DNA of 61,071 nucleotides, counting the filler, from Diploschistes diacapsis (taxonomy: Eukaryota), in NCBI GenBank assembly GCA_023645945.1. It is 8 parts of 8 records of this genome, joined end to end, with 100 filler letters (N's around TTAATTAATTAA, not from the genome) between each part and the next. Parts side by side here need not be neighbours in the genome. Positions count along the whole stretch, not along the records: positions 53,585 to 61,071 come from JALAIB010001278.1; 7 more parts are not named here. One strand, written 5' to 3'. A program made the position numbers and the translations under genes. The notes beneath the pieces were generated by a model. The model saw nothing but the letters and a program-made list of their open reading frames with translations. It had not been told where the DNA came from and searched no databases. This document shows, piece after piece, positions 60,531 to 61,071 of the stretch (the first letter of the stretch is position 1; every line of letters begins with the position of its first letter).

Positions 60531-61071
60531 GTTGGATCATGGGTCTTCTGGCGTTTAGCATTTACTGCCCATATCAAAATGGGCGTGAGCGTTATTCCTT
60601 GTATATTTCCAAATCATTCTGATCATATCGGGATAGCATTTGAGCTTGGATCATCAAGGGGTTGTCATTGCCATTGTAAGATAGAGCTGGTAGCGTGGTG
60701 TTCTTCGGCGAGCATGGTTTGAGAAGTCTAGGAGGATCAATATTGAGAGTATTTTAGATTTCGAACTGAATATTAGCAAAATGCAGGAAAGGTTTCTCCA
60801 TACGTACTGGATTAACAGTATTGAAGCATCCTCAGATGCTACCTGGACTTTGAGCGCCAAGATTAGGCTAATAAAGGGCGCAGTTATTCTGACCGAAATA
60901 TTTGCGGTCATTTATTTTAGCGTGCGGCGTAGGATGTTGGTATGGCGGAATGGCCCCACACTCGATATACTTGAGTTTCTTAGTCATTTATATACAATTT
61001 AAAGTACCTTTAAAGTAAACGAATTCTCGTAGATACCAAATATAAAAATGAAGCTATTCAGGGATTAAATT

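Overview
Eukaryotic DNA from a filamentous ascomycete (Pezizomycotina-type genes, short GT-AG introns with CTRAC/CTRAY branch sites). The window is not contiguous. It is eight unrelated ~7.5 kb contigs (7586, 7585, 7579, 7555, 7527, 7527, 7525 and 7487 bp, in decreasing size) joined by artificial 100-bp N44-TTAATTAATTAA-N44 linkers, so gene neighbourhoods are meaningful only within a contig. Intact or contig-truncated genes include RPB1, an Mdl1-type mitochondrial ABC transporter, CUB1/YPL260W-like, RPP1, IES6, RRP4, a ChsD-like chitin synthase, an alkaline ceramidase, a PLD-superfamily protein, a Zn2Cys6 factor, a GPI-anchored Cys-rich protein, a large His/Gly-rich hydrophilin-like repeat protein and several conserved hypotheticals. 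Six accessory genes look pseudogenised: a CE8 pectin methylesterase, two P450s, an MFS pump, an S53 peptidase and an ankyrin protein. RIP-like AT-rich ends of Fot1/pogo-type transposons sit at contig edges. The most striking element is an intronless 465-aa secreted polyprotein (3934-5331, minus). Its very regular Kex2/Ste13-type processing pattern would release four peptides with basic N-terminal parts and amphipathic C-terminal helices from acidic spacers. It is a candidate uncharacterised fungal peptide (antimicrobial/cytolytic or signalling) system. All family assignments are from motif recognition; no database search was run.
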